Assembly: GCF_009834535.1 (NCBI RefSeq)
Contig: NC_045696.1
Span: 97,342,001 to 97,406,000, forward strand
Source of the DNA: Camelus ferus
Taxonomy: Eukaryota
Direction of reading: 5' to 3'
DNA length: 64,000 bases
Shown here: positions 14,612 through 28,160 of the stretch, piece after piece
Layout: every line of letters begins with the position of its first letter
Numbering within the stretch: position 1 is the stretch's first letter
Made by a program: the position numbers and the translations under genes
Notes under the pieces: generated by a model
The model's database searches: none
The model's input: only the letters and a program-made list of their open reading frames with translations
What the model was told of the DNA's origin: nothing

Positions 14612-14699
14612 TGTCGTTGGATCCCATGCTAATGAGGTCATCAGAATCAACATTGTGAACTATGGCTGCTTTGTATCCTGCTCTCTGTGCATTTAAAAC
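14612..14699 (-). CDS. RNF13: RNF13 exon 5, aa 108-137 (PA domain)
   Basis: Acceptor ttctaatttgcag; 88 nt encode VLNAQRAGYKAAIVHNVDSDDLISMGSND plus 1 nt; donor gaca|gtaagt; phase 0-1. Confidence 0.97.
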
Positions 14700-15019
14700 C
14701 TGCAAATTAGAAAACAGTCATGATATGAGGAATAAAGTCTTTGTCATAAGGTCCCTCAAATTCACAAACACAAATCAACAAGTCCATAGCATATAACTAG
14801 GATGAGATTATGCATGCGTATATATATATAAACAGATCTTAAGTGTGTTCCCGAAACATAATCAATGATTTACAATTGATTATCAAGGACTTCTTTAGAT
14901 AGCTTCTTGATTTCCTTCATGGCATTAAGTGAAATGAGAAGCAAATAAAGGAAAGACATACAAACTACCATACTAAAAGGATCCAAAGCAATAAACCTGT
15001 CTAGCTCTAGAGAGGTAGA

Positions 15020-15240
15020 GATTTGTGATCAGGCTCAAGAGTCATCAGCCCTTGAAAACTCAACTCTACCTCCACTACTTATTAGTGAGATAAACTTGGG
15101 CAAACTCTTTCTTCCTTAATCCTCAGCTTCCCAACTTTAAAATGAGAATGACAATATTTTTCTCATATGTAATGTAATTTTAAATGCTTAATACCATGCC
15201 TAATGCATAAAAATGAGTCAAATAAAAGTTATTCTTATTA
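15020..15240 (+). mobile_element. MIR SINE
   Basis: aacttgggcaa..cctcagcttccc..taaaatgagaatg..aaatgcttaataccatgcct. Confidence 0.65.
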
Positions 15241-16654
15241 TTAGCTTCATCATCGACCATTTTCTTTAAAATTCCTTTCTAAGGCTTTGAAAGAATTAAA
15301 AATACCTCTAGCCTGAAGTTGTTTATTTCGGTTCTATCTAGCCATACAATCTTTCTTAAAGCTAGTCTCCAAATTAGTAAGCTTCACATCATAAGAATAT
15401 GGCTAGATGTGTGGCAGAATTTTCTTACATAAAAGATTTGAAAAGTATCCAAACATGTTACCACACCTCACTTTTAAAACAATAATCTGTTTTAAATAAA
15501 AATAAACCCAGACCTAACCTCCTTTTTATACCATCATTGGACCATTTGGGAAAAATAAAAAATCAGATCATTATTTGTATACTTGTTAAATAAAATGAAA
15601 ACTGGATACTCAAAAAATATATACATATATATATAATATAGTTTTGAACACTTGAAATACTTCTGAATACTTTAAAACTATACATATAGTTTTAAATACT
15701 TAATATGGTAAGAAATTCTTGAAATATATTACCTCATAATCAGTACATAATGGTGTCTCTCAAAGTGCCTCTTTATAATACTTCTAAAATTAATTTTTAA
15801 AAGAATTTCCAGAAGGTCTAATATTAGTTCTGTTTTAGTTATTAGCATATAATGATTCAAAATTCTACTATAATTCAATAAAGATAAGACCTGAATCAAA
15901 CTCAAAGAGTGAAGGAAAGCTTAAGAGTTGAGTTTTTGAGAAAAATGAATGCCCAAGTATTCTGTAGGCTCTAGATTTGAATACTAGGTAAGAGAAATGA
16001 GGCTCATGCAACCAATCCCATCTGGCAAGAGTAAAATTCTCTTCTACATTACCCCTGCCTTCTCTGAAACTACCATACCCCACAATGCAAGGTGGAATTC
16101 TGAGAGACAATAATGTGAATCAATCAGAATAATTTTATCCTATTACCACAAAACTCTGAATCTGCAGTACCTCAAAGAATTAATATTTTGTTCATCTTTA
16201 CAGGTTCTATAGCCCCTATGAAATAGCCTGACACAGAGTAAGCACTCATTAAATATTACTTGAATGAGAAAATATATAAAATGTGTGCTTAAAATAATAG
16301 CTCACATTATAACATTATAAACACAAGAGATAAAATTAGGCAGAGTTTTTTAAAAAATCAATTAAAATGGCATAAATAGTTCACCAACATAGGACCTACT
16401 GCTTTAATGTTGGGAATAGTAGCAAGAAAATCAACCAGCAAACAAAACTATTACTAGGAACGTTTTGCAGTCATGCAAGTAAACGTCAATAATCAAAAAA
16501 GTAAGTTTACTATTTTTTGCCTATGTGTGCATGTTTTATTTTAGGTAGATTTTCTTATCTAATTAAAATTGAGAAAATGCTAGCCCCCACAGCTTCTTCC
16601 CCATAGATTTTACTGCCTTCCAAGGAGAGGGAAAAAAATTTCTTAAGTTTTATA

Positions 16655-16742
16655 TTATTATATAGTCATTATATTATACAGTCATTATATTATATAGTCA
16701 TTATATAATCATACATAGTCATCATATAGTCATTATATTATC
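16655..16742. repeat. AT-rich minisatellite, unit about 16 bp (tatatagtcattatat), about 5-6 degenerate copies
   Basis: Repeated agtcattatat cores are directly visible. Confidence 0.85.
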
Positions 16743-17828
16743 ATAGCAGTATAGAATTCACTTAGCTTTTATTTAAACAAAAGTAAACTTGGCTGGAGTT
16801 TCTACCAGTTTATCTGATGCTTTAATGACCATTTAACTGTTCCCAAAAAGCTAACCAAGTAACTAAGAAATGTTTCTTTCACAAATCCGAAACACAACTG
16901 TTCCCTGAGATACAATTTAAGAAATACATAATTTATGTCAAAAGCTGTTCTTTGCTAATATAAAACTTAAGTTTTACACTTCTTTTTAAAGCCAACTAAT
17001 ACACAGTCATTGAAATTACATGATTTAACTGCTTCACTGTAAAATATATATTTGTGAGCAGATACATTCTAGGATACAGAGAAAGGTAGTCTCAGGAACT
17101 ATGATAAAGTATCAGAAATGTGGTTCAATTCAATAAGCATTTGCTGAATTTACGTAACAAGTAAGGTACTGTGTGTTGGGCACAATGCAGAACTCAAGGC
17201 AGATCAGAAACAATCATTTTCCTCAAGGAGATCCAAACAGGTCAGGTGCTCTCTGGTCTCTTCTTGCTCACACTATCACCTCTGCTTGGAACAGGCCTCG
17301 TCTTCTGAACGCCTAATCTGGCCTTCAGATTCCATTATCTCCGTGAAATCTGCCCTGTCCCATGCCCTGTTGCACATGATGCCCCAAGTGCAGTATAACT
17401 GCTTCCTGCTTTGAGTTTTTATATCAATTTGTTATATTTTTCTTAAATATTTTACATACTGCCTTATATTATACTTGTGCATACATGTACTACCTCATTT
17501 ACAGAACAAGCCTTCCTGGGGTTCTTAAATCTCTGACAGCTGTCTATGTGTGAACTTTCCTGGTAAGAAGGGACAAAATAATCATCAGTTTTACAAGAGG
17601 CTTTCTGAAGTGCAAATTAAGAATCATCAATATAAATTAATGGGTTTACAACAATCTACTATATGTGTAACTATACTGGTCATTAGATTCTTAAAACTGC
17701 ACCAAGGAACTGAGGAAAACTTTCTTATACATCCAAAATGCAATTGGTTCCATTAACACAATACAAAATTATATCAATACCAAAAGCTGTTCTCTAATAA
17801 TAAAATTTCTAAATTAGAAAACCACTAA

Positions 17829-17959
17829 TTGTCACATGTGACAATGAATATATATATGTTCATGTATAACTGAAAAATTGTGCTCTACACTAGAATTGGA
17901 CACAACATTGTAAAATGAATATAAATCAATAAAAAAAGTTAAAAAAATTAAAAAAAAAA
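17829..17959 (+). mobile_element. Young, extremely 5'-truncated L1 3' tip with a perfect 13-bp TSD
   Basis: TSD agaaaaccactaa at 17816-17828 and 17960-17972. The sequence closely matches the 3' end of the L1 at 44221-44601 and has an A-rich tail. Confidence 0.92.
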
Positions 17960-19569
17960 AGAAAACCACTAAAAATGGAAGGAATTCTGTAATCACAAAT
18001 GTGAGTTCCAAAAAAAGAGAAATGTTTTCAAAAAATGAAACAAGGCTTTCCCAAGGTTTTTGTTGTTATTTTTATTGATTTTTAAAATAAACTAATGAAA
18101 TTAAATCAAGAAACATTAACATATGGACCAACAGGCTTATGAATACAAACAAGGACAGTATATCTGTGTTTATGAACTATGTCAGTCAAATTAAATTACA
18201 TCTTTAACTAAGCAGCAGCTGGTATTGTCAAAAACACACGAGGCAGAAATAAGACCTAAATCATTCAGTAAGCATGTGCCTGGTTTCACATTCATAAAAT
18301 GCAATTTCAAACACATGTTGTCACATGGAGGCAACAAACTCAAAGGTTCATAAATAAAAAGCATGCTCAGTAACCAAACCTAAATTCCAAAAGAGCCATC
18401 AAAGCTGAAAATTACATGAAAAAGTCTTCCGAGCTGTATATTGCCAATCTGCCCTTTAAAGGAAACTGATCAGAGCTATTGGCCCAAATTGTGGTATCAA
18501 AAATAGTTTATATTGAATCAACATATTAGCAGCAACTCAATTATATAGATCAGGTTGCACCTTACCAAGAGTTTTAAGGAAGTATGGGACTGCTGGCTTA
18601 TAAATAGCCAATATACCAGAAGACAGCAGACTGCTAAGGGAAGAGACTTCAGTAAGACAGGTTCTAAAAGGAACCCTGGAAATGACACAGTAGCTCATCT
18701 TATTTCCAGATTAGACAAATTATTAGTACTGACACTAATAAAACAGGCCTTGGAAGAAGAAAGAATTAATTGCACTGTCAAGATGATCATGAGTAGAGAT
18801 CTTTTAAGGGACACACAGGCATGAGGAGCTGTGGGGGAACTGTTGATAAAGCATACATAACAAGGCTCCAGACCAAAGGCTATATGCATGAGTAAAAGAA
18901 GCCTCTATGTGCCATTGCTTTACGTATATTATCTCTAATACCTAACACATCTCTACAATATAGATATTCTTTTCTATATTTTAGAAACGAGGAAAGATGA
19001 GTAAACGAAACTGCCCCATAAGGTCACATTTAGGCAGAGCTGAGATTTGAACACAACTTTATCTGATTAGATAGAGAGGCCTGGGGTTTCCCAATGAATG
19101 GAGATGAGAAACAGGATTATTAACCTTACTTAACATTTTGCAAATGTCTGGGAAGAGAAACTGAACTGAGAAAGCATCAAGACTTAGACAACATTAATCT
19201 CAAAATCTTATGGGCAAAATAAAACTTACATACAAAACAGAGTATAAGCCAAGAAGCAAAGTACTAAAATAGTGTGATGGAGTTTAAAGAAACTTAGAGA
19301 GGGAAAAAGCTCTAGGCTGAAATACAGCAGATTTTATTGGACGTGGATTACACTTTAACAAAAAGAGGAAATTTGGGCTAACAGTGGAAAGAGTTGAGGG
19401 GAAATTTCTCACATGAGAGGAATGGAGAAATAACAAGACAAAAGGCAGGACCTAACAAGGCATATTAAAAACAAAACAAAACAAAACAAAAAATTTTTAA
19501 ATGACCTTACTAAGTAAAGAAGAGTGGTACTGAAAGGAAGAAAAGCAGAGGAGATAAAAGTATACTCTT

Positions 19570-19790
19570 GGAAGGAGATTACTTGGATTCAGATTCTGTC
19601 ATATACAAGCTGTATAAACTCAGGCAAATAACTTAGTTTCTATAAAATGGGCATGATAATACATTCAATTTTTAACATTATCCTGAGGATTAAATGATTT
19701 GTTATATGTAAAGCACTTAAAATAGAACTTAGGTACTGCCTGGCACACATTAAATAAAGCTAGTTATTATCACTGCTACTGGTTTTTATA
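19570..19790 (+). mobile_element. MIR SINE
   Basis: tataaaatgggcatgataatac..tgaggattaaatga..tgtaaagcacttaaaatag..gcctggcaca. Confidence 0.7.
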
Positions 19791-20827
19791 GTTGCTGTTG
19801 GAGACAGAGGTGAGGAGAGGGGGAAAAAAGGGACAGGTAGTGCCATACCTTGAAGGCCATTCAGAAAAGTAGACGTGGGATCGCCTCTGCCAAGGCACTT
19901 GAATGAGGGGTTGACATGGCTAAAGAAATCCTTTAGAACAATCTGCAAATACTTAGACTGACATGTAGAGGACATACTGAAAATCTGAAAGTTGTTATGA
20001 CAAGGCAAGATGATGGCAATGAAGTGAAAGACCATTATTTTTTATTCCTTTTCATAATCAGTTTTTGATTCTAAGAAACTCAGGGAATATCCTTAACCAA
20101 AAATGGGAAAGCTGACAAATGAAGCTTATTATCATAAGGAAGAAGAAGGAACGGTTCTGAGCACACTAAATTTGAGAGGTAGCAAGGTTTATACACACAG
20201 ATATTCTAGGTAGGTAGAATTTAAAGTATCAGGACTTGAGATTAAAATTTACAGATTTTCAGCACATTAATTCATTTATTCACTCAACAAATATTTGGAA
20301 TAAATATAGCCACCTGGTTGTTAAAAATAATTAAATAAGCCTCTAATAAAACATAATTCATTCACATTTTTACATATCGTAGAGTCTTCAATCCCCTTTA
20401 ACATCTATACATGAACTGAATTAAGTGGACTTTGCTTTTCCCCTGGAAGAAGACACTACAAATAAGCAGACCTGTGTATTTTTCTAGGTTATACACCTGC
20501 AAGAAAGGTAAAAATCCAAGAGGTGACTTTCCTTGATGGAAAAAAACCTTGAAAAGAATTTAATTATTTTATCAGTCTGTCTGCTCATGTAAAATGAGTA
20601 CACTTGGAACAAGAACATTTTTAATGTAAAATGTGTTTCAAGTTCTAAAGACTTTATCTGAATTATAGTGCTATTTTTTCCATGCATGGAGAATAATTTG
20701 TAACGTTTGAACAGTAGTGAAAGGCAAGCTTGAAACGAGAATTACTTCAGACAGACGGATGATATTCCATGAACACCATACATGCATCTCCTGTAGATGT
20801 CCACAGTTTCAGAGGATACCCATCTTT

Positions 20828-20888
20828 TTCTTTTAACTTTTTTTATTGAGTTATAGTCAATGTCAACATTTTACAATGTTGTGTCAAA
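20828..20888 (-). mobile_element. About 60-bp L1 3' tip
   Basis: The reverse complement reads tttgacacaacattgtaaaatg..actataactcaataaaaaaaagttaaaag, like the 3' ends at 17900 and 44550. It is flanked by ccatcttt repeats (20820-20827, 20895-20902). Confidence 0.75.
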
Positions 20889-22639
20889 GAACATCCATCT
20901 TTAGGTGATAGGCAAAAGAAGTTTGATTTAGAATAGAAGCCATTTTAAATACTTTCTCCTCCAATTTTAATGAGAATACAACCTTAAGTTTAGATCATTA
21001 TTTCCACATTTTTATTACAAGTGTAAAAAGGTGATTGATTTTAATTGGGAAGCTGAAAGAGAATATTATATTGAAATATTTCAGATTGTAATTCATGCAG
21101 AATAAAAAATATATGATTTAGAGGAAAATTTCAGTGACAAGTTATAGTTTTATTTACTTAAACAAGTAAAGTAGTAAGAACAGAAGTAGAAGAAGACATA
21201 CTGAATATCAGGGAAATTTAACTATCCTGGTTTATCTATAAATGTAAAAATTACATCTATCTGAAGATGTATTTTGAGTGCTTAACCACTAGGAAGAGAA
21301 TGACTAAACTTTCTTGAACTCCCTTTAATCATGTGATTTATTTTCTTTTTGCTCTCAATCTGCTTTCCGGCAGAAGGACATTCTGAGGACAATCAGAAAA
21401 TTTAAACACCTATTCTAATAATTAGATAGAATATACTTTCTAAAAAAAAAAAATATATATATATATATATATCACATATATATTTTAAATATATATATAT
21501 AAAATATATATATAAATACTCTGTATTATTAGATATAGTACTTATCAATAGTAAATTTCCTGAGTGTGGTAACTGTACTTTGTGAACATGTAGGAGAACA
21601 CTGCTGTGTGAGAGAGAGAGAGTAATGAGGCACAAAAGACCAGGCTATTCCAAAACAGTTTAGGCAATTATGATATAAACTACAAGCTTTTGTCTTAAGG
21701 GCATTATTTTTCTAATACCCATCTGAGTACTTTGACAACCTGATACATTTAAATCAAGGCAATATCACAATAATTAACTGTAAATAGAGTAATTTTCAAC
21801 TGCTATAGTTCATTAATAAAGGACATAAATGTGAACTAATCTAACCATGTTCTCAAAAAAGATAAAACCAAAATCCTGCTGCTTTAAAGATAAATGGAAA
21901 TCACAACACTAGAAATCTAAATTTGTGATATTTTGTATTTTAAAGTATTACCTGAAAAATTAACAAAAGATAATGTTTTTATGGTTCTTGGTAAAAACAT
22001 TATTAGAAAACTAAGCCTGATATTACCTTGAAAAACAGAGATCAGATAAAATAACATTTAGAGCATTCTGAATGCCAGACGTTGTTTGTTAAGGAAAGAA
22101 CTATGTTGTTTATTGGTATGTATCTCAAGCCTAGAAGAATCTCTCTCACAAAAATACTTGTTTAATTAAACTAAATCACAAGTAAGATAATTATCTATCC
22201 AGCCCTATCCAGCATGATATATGCTACAAAAATGAAATTGCCTTTTATTTGTTGCTTAGTTCCCCCTTAAAAACATGCCAAAAATTTTACTTCAGTCATT
22301 GTGGATAAAAATTTTTCTAAAATATTTTGCATTTCCCCAGCTGTTTCAAGGAAGACACCAAACATAATGTGACCTTTTCTAGTGACATGGGGATCATCAT
22401 GAACGTGCTTCACTGGACCCTAGATGGGTTTTCTCCTTAATGTTAAGTGTCAAATGTCACTTCCCTTCTCTCTGTGCTTACTACCTTTAGTGGTCATTAC
22501 AGCCTCGCTCCACCCTTATATTCTTTTCTGTAGTAGTGAAATAAAGAAGTACACTTGATAAGAATTCTATTCTTAAAAAAAAAAGTTAAGTACATAAAAG
22601 TTCCAAGAAAAACTGTCAGGAAGAGTATATGGTTCTAAA

Positions 22640-23192
22640 GCTGAAGTTTTGTGACATTTATTATGGTGGTACAATGGCATGTTTCCTTCTCTTGTTTTAG
22701 GTTATGTTCTGAGACCGCTGCCCTTTTGATAAATGGCATATTACAAATGTATATGTTTGTTTAGTATTTAGACTTAGAGATAAAGTTGAATTTGTTTCAT
22801 TAGATTTTGGTAAGGCTGGTAAAATCTGTGTTTGGATGAAGAGCGATATTCAAGTAGAGCAGAAAAAGCCAGAACCCTTGGAACTTTAACCCTTAATTAA
22901 AGATTTTATGTTATGTCCCAGTGGCAGCATTTTAAAGTCAATCTTTGTATATGGGAAAGCAATTTTTAAATACTGAGGGTAGTGCAAATTGTAGGTAAAG
23001 ATAATTTAGTGGACCGGGGTGAACTTTTTTTTTAATAAAAGGAAATTTCATATATCAGAGTATTTTAGCTAATACAGGTAAATACTATTTCATAAGACCT
23101 TATTATAGGCTGTGTGTTGTATATGTATTGGGGCATGAGTAAAAATAAATTTCTTAGCGTGGGTTGAAGTCAAAAAAGTTTGAAACTCATTC
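22640..23192. mobile_element. hAT-Charlie-like DNA transposon remnant (Charlie7/MER119-like); left boundary uncertain
   Basis: The terminus aaataaatttcttagcgtgggttgaagtcaaaaaagtttgaaa resembles a recalled Charlie end. Confidence 0.45.
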
Positions 23193-23884
23193 ATATGGTG
23201 AGTTTTTAATGTTCTGTAGGTTGTCTGCAATCAGAAAAGAGATTTGTGCATTTCCACTCATTGCAACAGTATTATTCTGTAACATGCCATCACAAAATCA
23301 AAGTCATTAACTTGTATGTGAATGCAGTTGTTTCAAATGAAGTTTTAATATTACATCTGGTGTTCAGTACATGATTAGTACTAAAGATTAAAAATAAATC
23401 TTTAAGCACAGCTATTTCTGATGCTTGCTATTAGTTTAAGGATGCTTTTCTTTAAAAAAAAACCTTTTACTTTTATATAATGAACTATATCAGTTAAACC
23501 ACATTAGTTAAAAACTATGTAAGTATTTAATTTTGAGAATTGCAATTTAAAGTTAACAAACGTATCCATAAAATACTCTCTAGTTACCTATGTATATTAA
23601 AGTGCATATTAAAATGAAGGCTCTGACCTAAGTTCATATTTTTTGGATACTAATAGGATTCATAGTCCCATCAAATCTTAATTATTTCTCATCCTAACTC
23701 AGCAGAAGTTCCATTTTAACCCACACACCACTGTTAATAAAGCTTTTTGGAAGAAATTTGTGTGCAACAAAAGGACAATATAAACTTGCTATCAACCTAC
23801 TAGGAATTTCCAAATAATGCCAGGGACTCATACTGCACTTGCAAAATAACTGATAGAGCTATTACAGTGAGAATTTTGATGCTC

Positions 23885-23901
23885 AGCGCCACCCAGTGAC
23901 A
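23885..23901 (-). promoter_or_regulatory. Candidate CTCF-binding motif
   Basis: Minus strand tgtcactgggtggcgct matches CCASYAGRKGGCRS at 12/14 and keeps a CpG in a CpG-poor region. Confidence 0.4.
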
Positions 23902-25504
23902 GATCTCTGACTACATTCCTCTCTTTACTGCCTCTTCATTTTGGTGTTGCAGGCACTAAACTATAAGCTCAGCACACAGAACTGCATAAAACGTTAAGTC
24001 CTACTACCAGGAAGCTGAAGTGAGAAAAGATATACCCATGGGGCTTTTTAGGCTGGAATCAAATGAGAAGGAAAAAAAAAAATAGTATGGAGCAAAAAGT
24101 AATCCACAATAAAGAAACAGGAAACGAATACTACTGCTGGCTGGAATTTGCTCTGACCTCAGCAAGAATCTTTCCCATCACAAGCTTTTTCAAACACAAG
24201 ACAGAAAATGAGCAGCTTTAATAAGCAAACACTTTGTGGTATACTTAACATCATTTTATTAAAACATTCGAAATTACTGCAAAAATATTCCAAAGAGGAA
24301 GCTCCTTCCTGAAAATAAGATATTAATACTAGTTTAATATGATCTGGAGATGAATTAAATATAAAAGACAAAGAATTTACCTAACAAAGTCTTTAATGAA
24401 GTCTAGTTAAGTTAATTAATAACATTAACTAATTAACATTAGTAAGTAACAGGTCTCTCTTAAGCTGAGTAATGAGTACTCAGATACTTATTTTACTATT
24501 TAAATTGTACATACAAATACTTTTTCTGTGTATGATGTGTTTTAAAATACAGAAAGGAAAAAGGTCAGAAAAAAAGAAAACAGCATAACACAGACCCTGG
24601 GTGGTTTTGGAGCCTGACCTCTTCCACTACCCACTCCGGGCTCTCTACTGGGTTTTGGCACTTCCAGCAACCTAAGAACTGGAGCTTCATTTTACTTACC
24701 AAACTGTATGGGACCTCTGTGGATCCTCTGCAGAAAATGTGGCATAACTCTGCTTCTAAATCTTTCCAAATGCCAACTGAAAAAAAATTCTCTAGAAAAC
24801 TGATTTTCTTTTCTTTCAGAATTGCCAAGACAAAGCAACAGTAATTCAGTCATCAGCCTGGGCACAAACTACCCATTTTTCCCCAACCTGAATTTCTAAC
24901 ACAGGATAAAAAAGCTATTTTCTCTACAAAGAAAAGAAATGAAGTAAAGAAATTAATGGGGGACTTAGAGAATAGAGATAGTTCTCAAAACTTAGTTATG
25001 ATCTTCTATTAACTGAAGAAGAAGGAAGAAATTAAAAACTAAAATCTCTTTCTCAAGTGACCAAAGCAAAGCAAATGAGAATGGAACAACAGTAGAAGTT
25101 TCAGATGTGAATGTAAAAACTATTAATTCTATCTATAGAATAAAAATTTCTGGGAATACTACAGGACAGTAGGAAATAAACAATTGTTGAAATAAGATCC
25201 AAAACTGCAGCAAGTAATCCTGCCAAGATTAAATCCCTTTCCCACATCATTCTTTCCTGTACGATATTTTAGGGTCACTACCCGCCACACTGGGGAGAGC
25301 TACTCCACGGAAAACAGTACTAGACCCTAATGACAGTACTAGACCGTAATGACATTTTAACTCTCATTAACAGTTCAATGACATAAGCCATCTTTCCCTC
25401 TTTCTTTAGATTCCATCTTTCTTCCTTAACTAGACATTCTTCATTTAATGTGTATCTGAGTAATCTGAATACCCTAATTTTGAAATAAAAGAATTGTGTG
25501 GAAT

Positions 25505-26870
25505 CTGTAACAAAGGAGTCAAGAATAAACAGTAGAGATAAGACAGTCTCTTCAATAAGTGGTGCTGGGAAAACTGGACAGCTACGTGTAAAACAATGAG
25601 ATTAGAACATTCCCTCACACCACAAACAAAAATAAACTCAAAATGGATTAGACACCTAAATGTAAGACCTGAAACCATAAAACTCCTATAAGAGAACATA
25701 GGCAGAACACTCTTTGACATAAATTGCACAAATATTTTTTTGAATCGGTCTCCTAAGGCAAAAGAAATAAAAGCAAAAATAAACAAATGGAACTGAATTA
25801 AACTTAAAAGCTTCTGCACAGCAAAGGAAATCACTGACAAAACGAAGAGACACCCAATGAATCGAAGAAAATATTTGCAAATGACATGACTGATAAGGGG
25901 CTAATATCCAAAATACATAAACAGCTTATTCCACTCAATATCAAAATACAAACAACCCAATTAAAAATGGGTAGAAGACCTGAATAGACATTTTTTGCAG
26001 AGAAGAGATACAGATGGTTAACACATACATGAAAAGATGCTCAATATCACTAATCGTAAGAGAAATGTAAATCAAAACTACAATGAGATATCACTACTCC
26101 TGTCAGAATGGCTATCATCAAACAGTCTACAAATAATAAATGTTGGTAAGGATACAGAAAAAGGAAACCCTTGGACACTGTTGGTGGGGATGTAAATTGG
26201 TACAGCCACTATGTAAAACAGCATGGAGGATCTTCAAAACCTAAAAACAGAACTACCATAGGATCTAGCAATTCCACTCCTGGGTATAAAGGTGAGGAAA
26301 ACAAAAACACTAATTTAGAAAGATACATGCACCACAGTGTTCACAGCAGCATTATTTACAATAGCCAAGGTATGGAAGCAACCTAAATGTCCATCAATAG
26401 ATGAATGGCTAAAGAAGATGTGGTATACAATGAAATATTACTCAGCCACAGAAAAGAATGAAATTTTACCATCTGCAACAATATGGATGGACCTAGAGAG
26501 AATTATGCTTAGTGAAATAAGTCAGAGAAAGACAGATACTCCATATTGTCACTTATATGTGGAATCTAAAAAATAAAACAAATGTGTGTAGCAAAACATA
26601 AAACAGACTCACATGTATAGAAAACAAACTAGTGGTTACCAGCGGGGAGAGGAAAGAGGGGAGGGGCAAGATAGGGATATGGGATTAAGAGATACAAACT
26701 ACTATGTATAAAATAGATAAACAACAAGGATATATTATACAGCACAGGGAAATAGTCATTGTTTGTAATAATGTTAAATGGCGAATAATCTATAAAAATA
26801 TTGAATCACTATGTTGCACACCTGAAATTAATATAACATTGTAAACCAACTATAATTCAATTTTTTTAAA
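25505..26870 (+). mobile_element. 5'-truncated L1, ORF2 C-terminus and 3' UTR
   Basis: The ORF at 26337-26576 (MFTAALFTIAKVWKQPKCPSIDEWLKKMWY) is L1 ORF2p; typical 3' UTR follows. Confidence 0.93.
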
Positions 26871-27749
26871 GTATATGTATGGAAGAGATATATAAATAAA
26901 GTTACTGGCATTACATTGCTTCATTAGGTTAAGGTAAAGTACATGTAATTTACTATTTTTCAGCTTTGTTCTTTCATTGAATATTACTTTCCTCGTAAAA
27001 GAAGAGAACTTTGCTTTGTTGTTTTAATATTGAATAAATTTGTATGTAAAGAAACCTAATTATTAAAATACAGATATTTTTATCAAAGGGTGGAAGAAAA
27101 GAATAAATTAATAAATTAACAAACTAGTAGCAGAACGCTGTTTGAATCATATATGGGTAGAAATATTTCTCTCCACCGAGTATCATTTAACACATTCCTT
27201 TACTGGAATCTTGCATATGAGATTCTGAAATAGATTAATAACAAATGTTACAAATTACTTTGTAGCAATACAGAAAAGAGTAGGAAATTTTAAATAATGA
27301 TATTAGATGACTTTGAGATATTACAGAGTTTAATTTCTACTTACGTTCATATTCCCTAGCTTAATACTACTGAAATAAAAGTGCAATTTTGAGACTACTA
27401 CAAAATGTATCAGCCTGGAGATCTTGAGAGAGGATGATGAAAGCTAACCTAGAAAGGAAAAATGGAGGACTATTTTGTAAGATGATGAAATTTCACTCCA
27501 GAATTTTTATTATTTATTTATGATGATTATAAGGTCATCTAAATAATCCAAAAATGTTTATGTTAATTTTTTAAATTCTCATAAATATTTGGACCTAGAG
27601 AAAAATGTGGGATAAATGACTACCTAGATTTAGAAATACTTCCAAGAGCGTTGAGTGAAATGAACATGAAGCCAATAGAAGGTTCCAATAATGTTGTTTA
27701 TTCCCTAATCTAGTTAAATTTAATGGTAAGCCCTTTGGATTTTCTGAAT

Positions 27750-28160
27750 TAGTTCATTCAGCAAATATTTATTAGTAATTTACCAGTGTCATACAATGCA
27801 TTAAGCACTTAAGCTATGGAATCTAAAACATTATCTTTTCCCTCACAGAGACTGGCATGGGATTAAATAAGAAATACATAAAAAGAAGTGATCTATTCTG
27901 CCTTGAAGAAAATCAGGAAAGGTTTCAGATAAATGATACTTAATCTTAGACCAAAAACAAAGTCAGATTTGCTGGGCAGACAAGCAGAGGGAAGATATTC
28001 CAGATAAAGGACATGGTAGAAACCAAGATAGAGGGGGAGAGACCACTTCACATATACGGGGCCTTGTAAGTTCCTGAAGGTTACGGCGAGAGGACAAAGT
28101 ACAGACGAGACTTGAGACAGACAGAAGTCAGGTAAAGCAGGGCTTTGTATCCCAGCTAAC
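27750..28160 (+). mobile_element. L2 fragment
   Basis: ttcattcagcaaatatttatt, followed by purine-rich L2-like sequence (atcaggaaaggtttcaga; gaagatattccaga). Confidence 0.55.

Noticed and set aside
16655..16742. CRISPR-like repeat array
   Set aside because: It is a degenerate AT-rich tandem repeat with no unique spacers or cas genes, in a mammalian intron.
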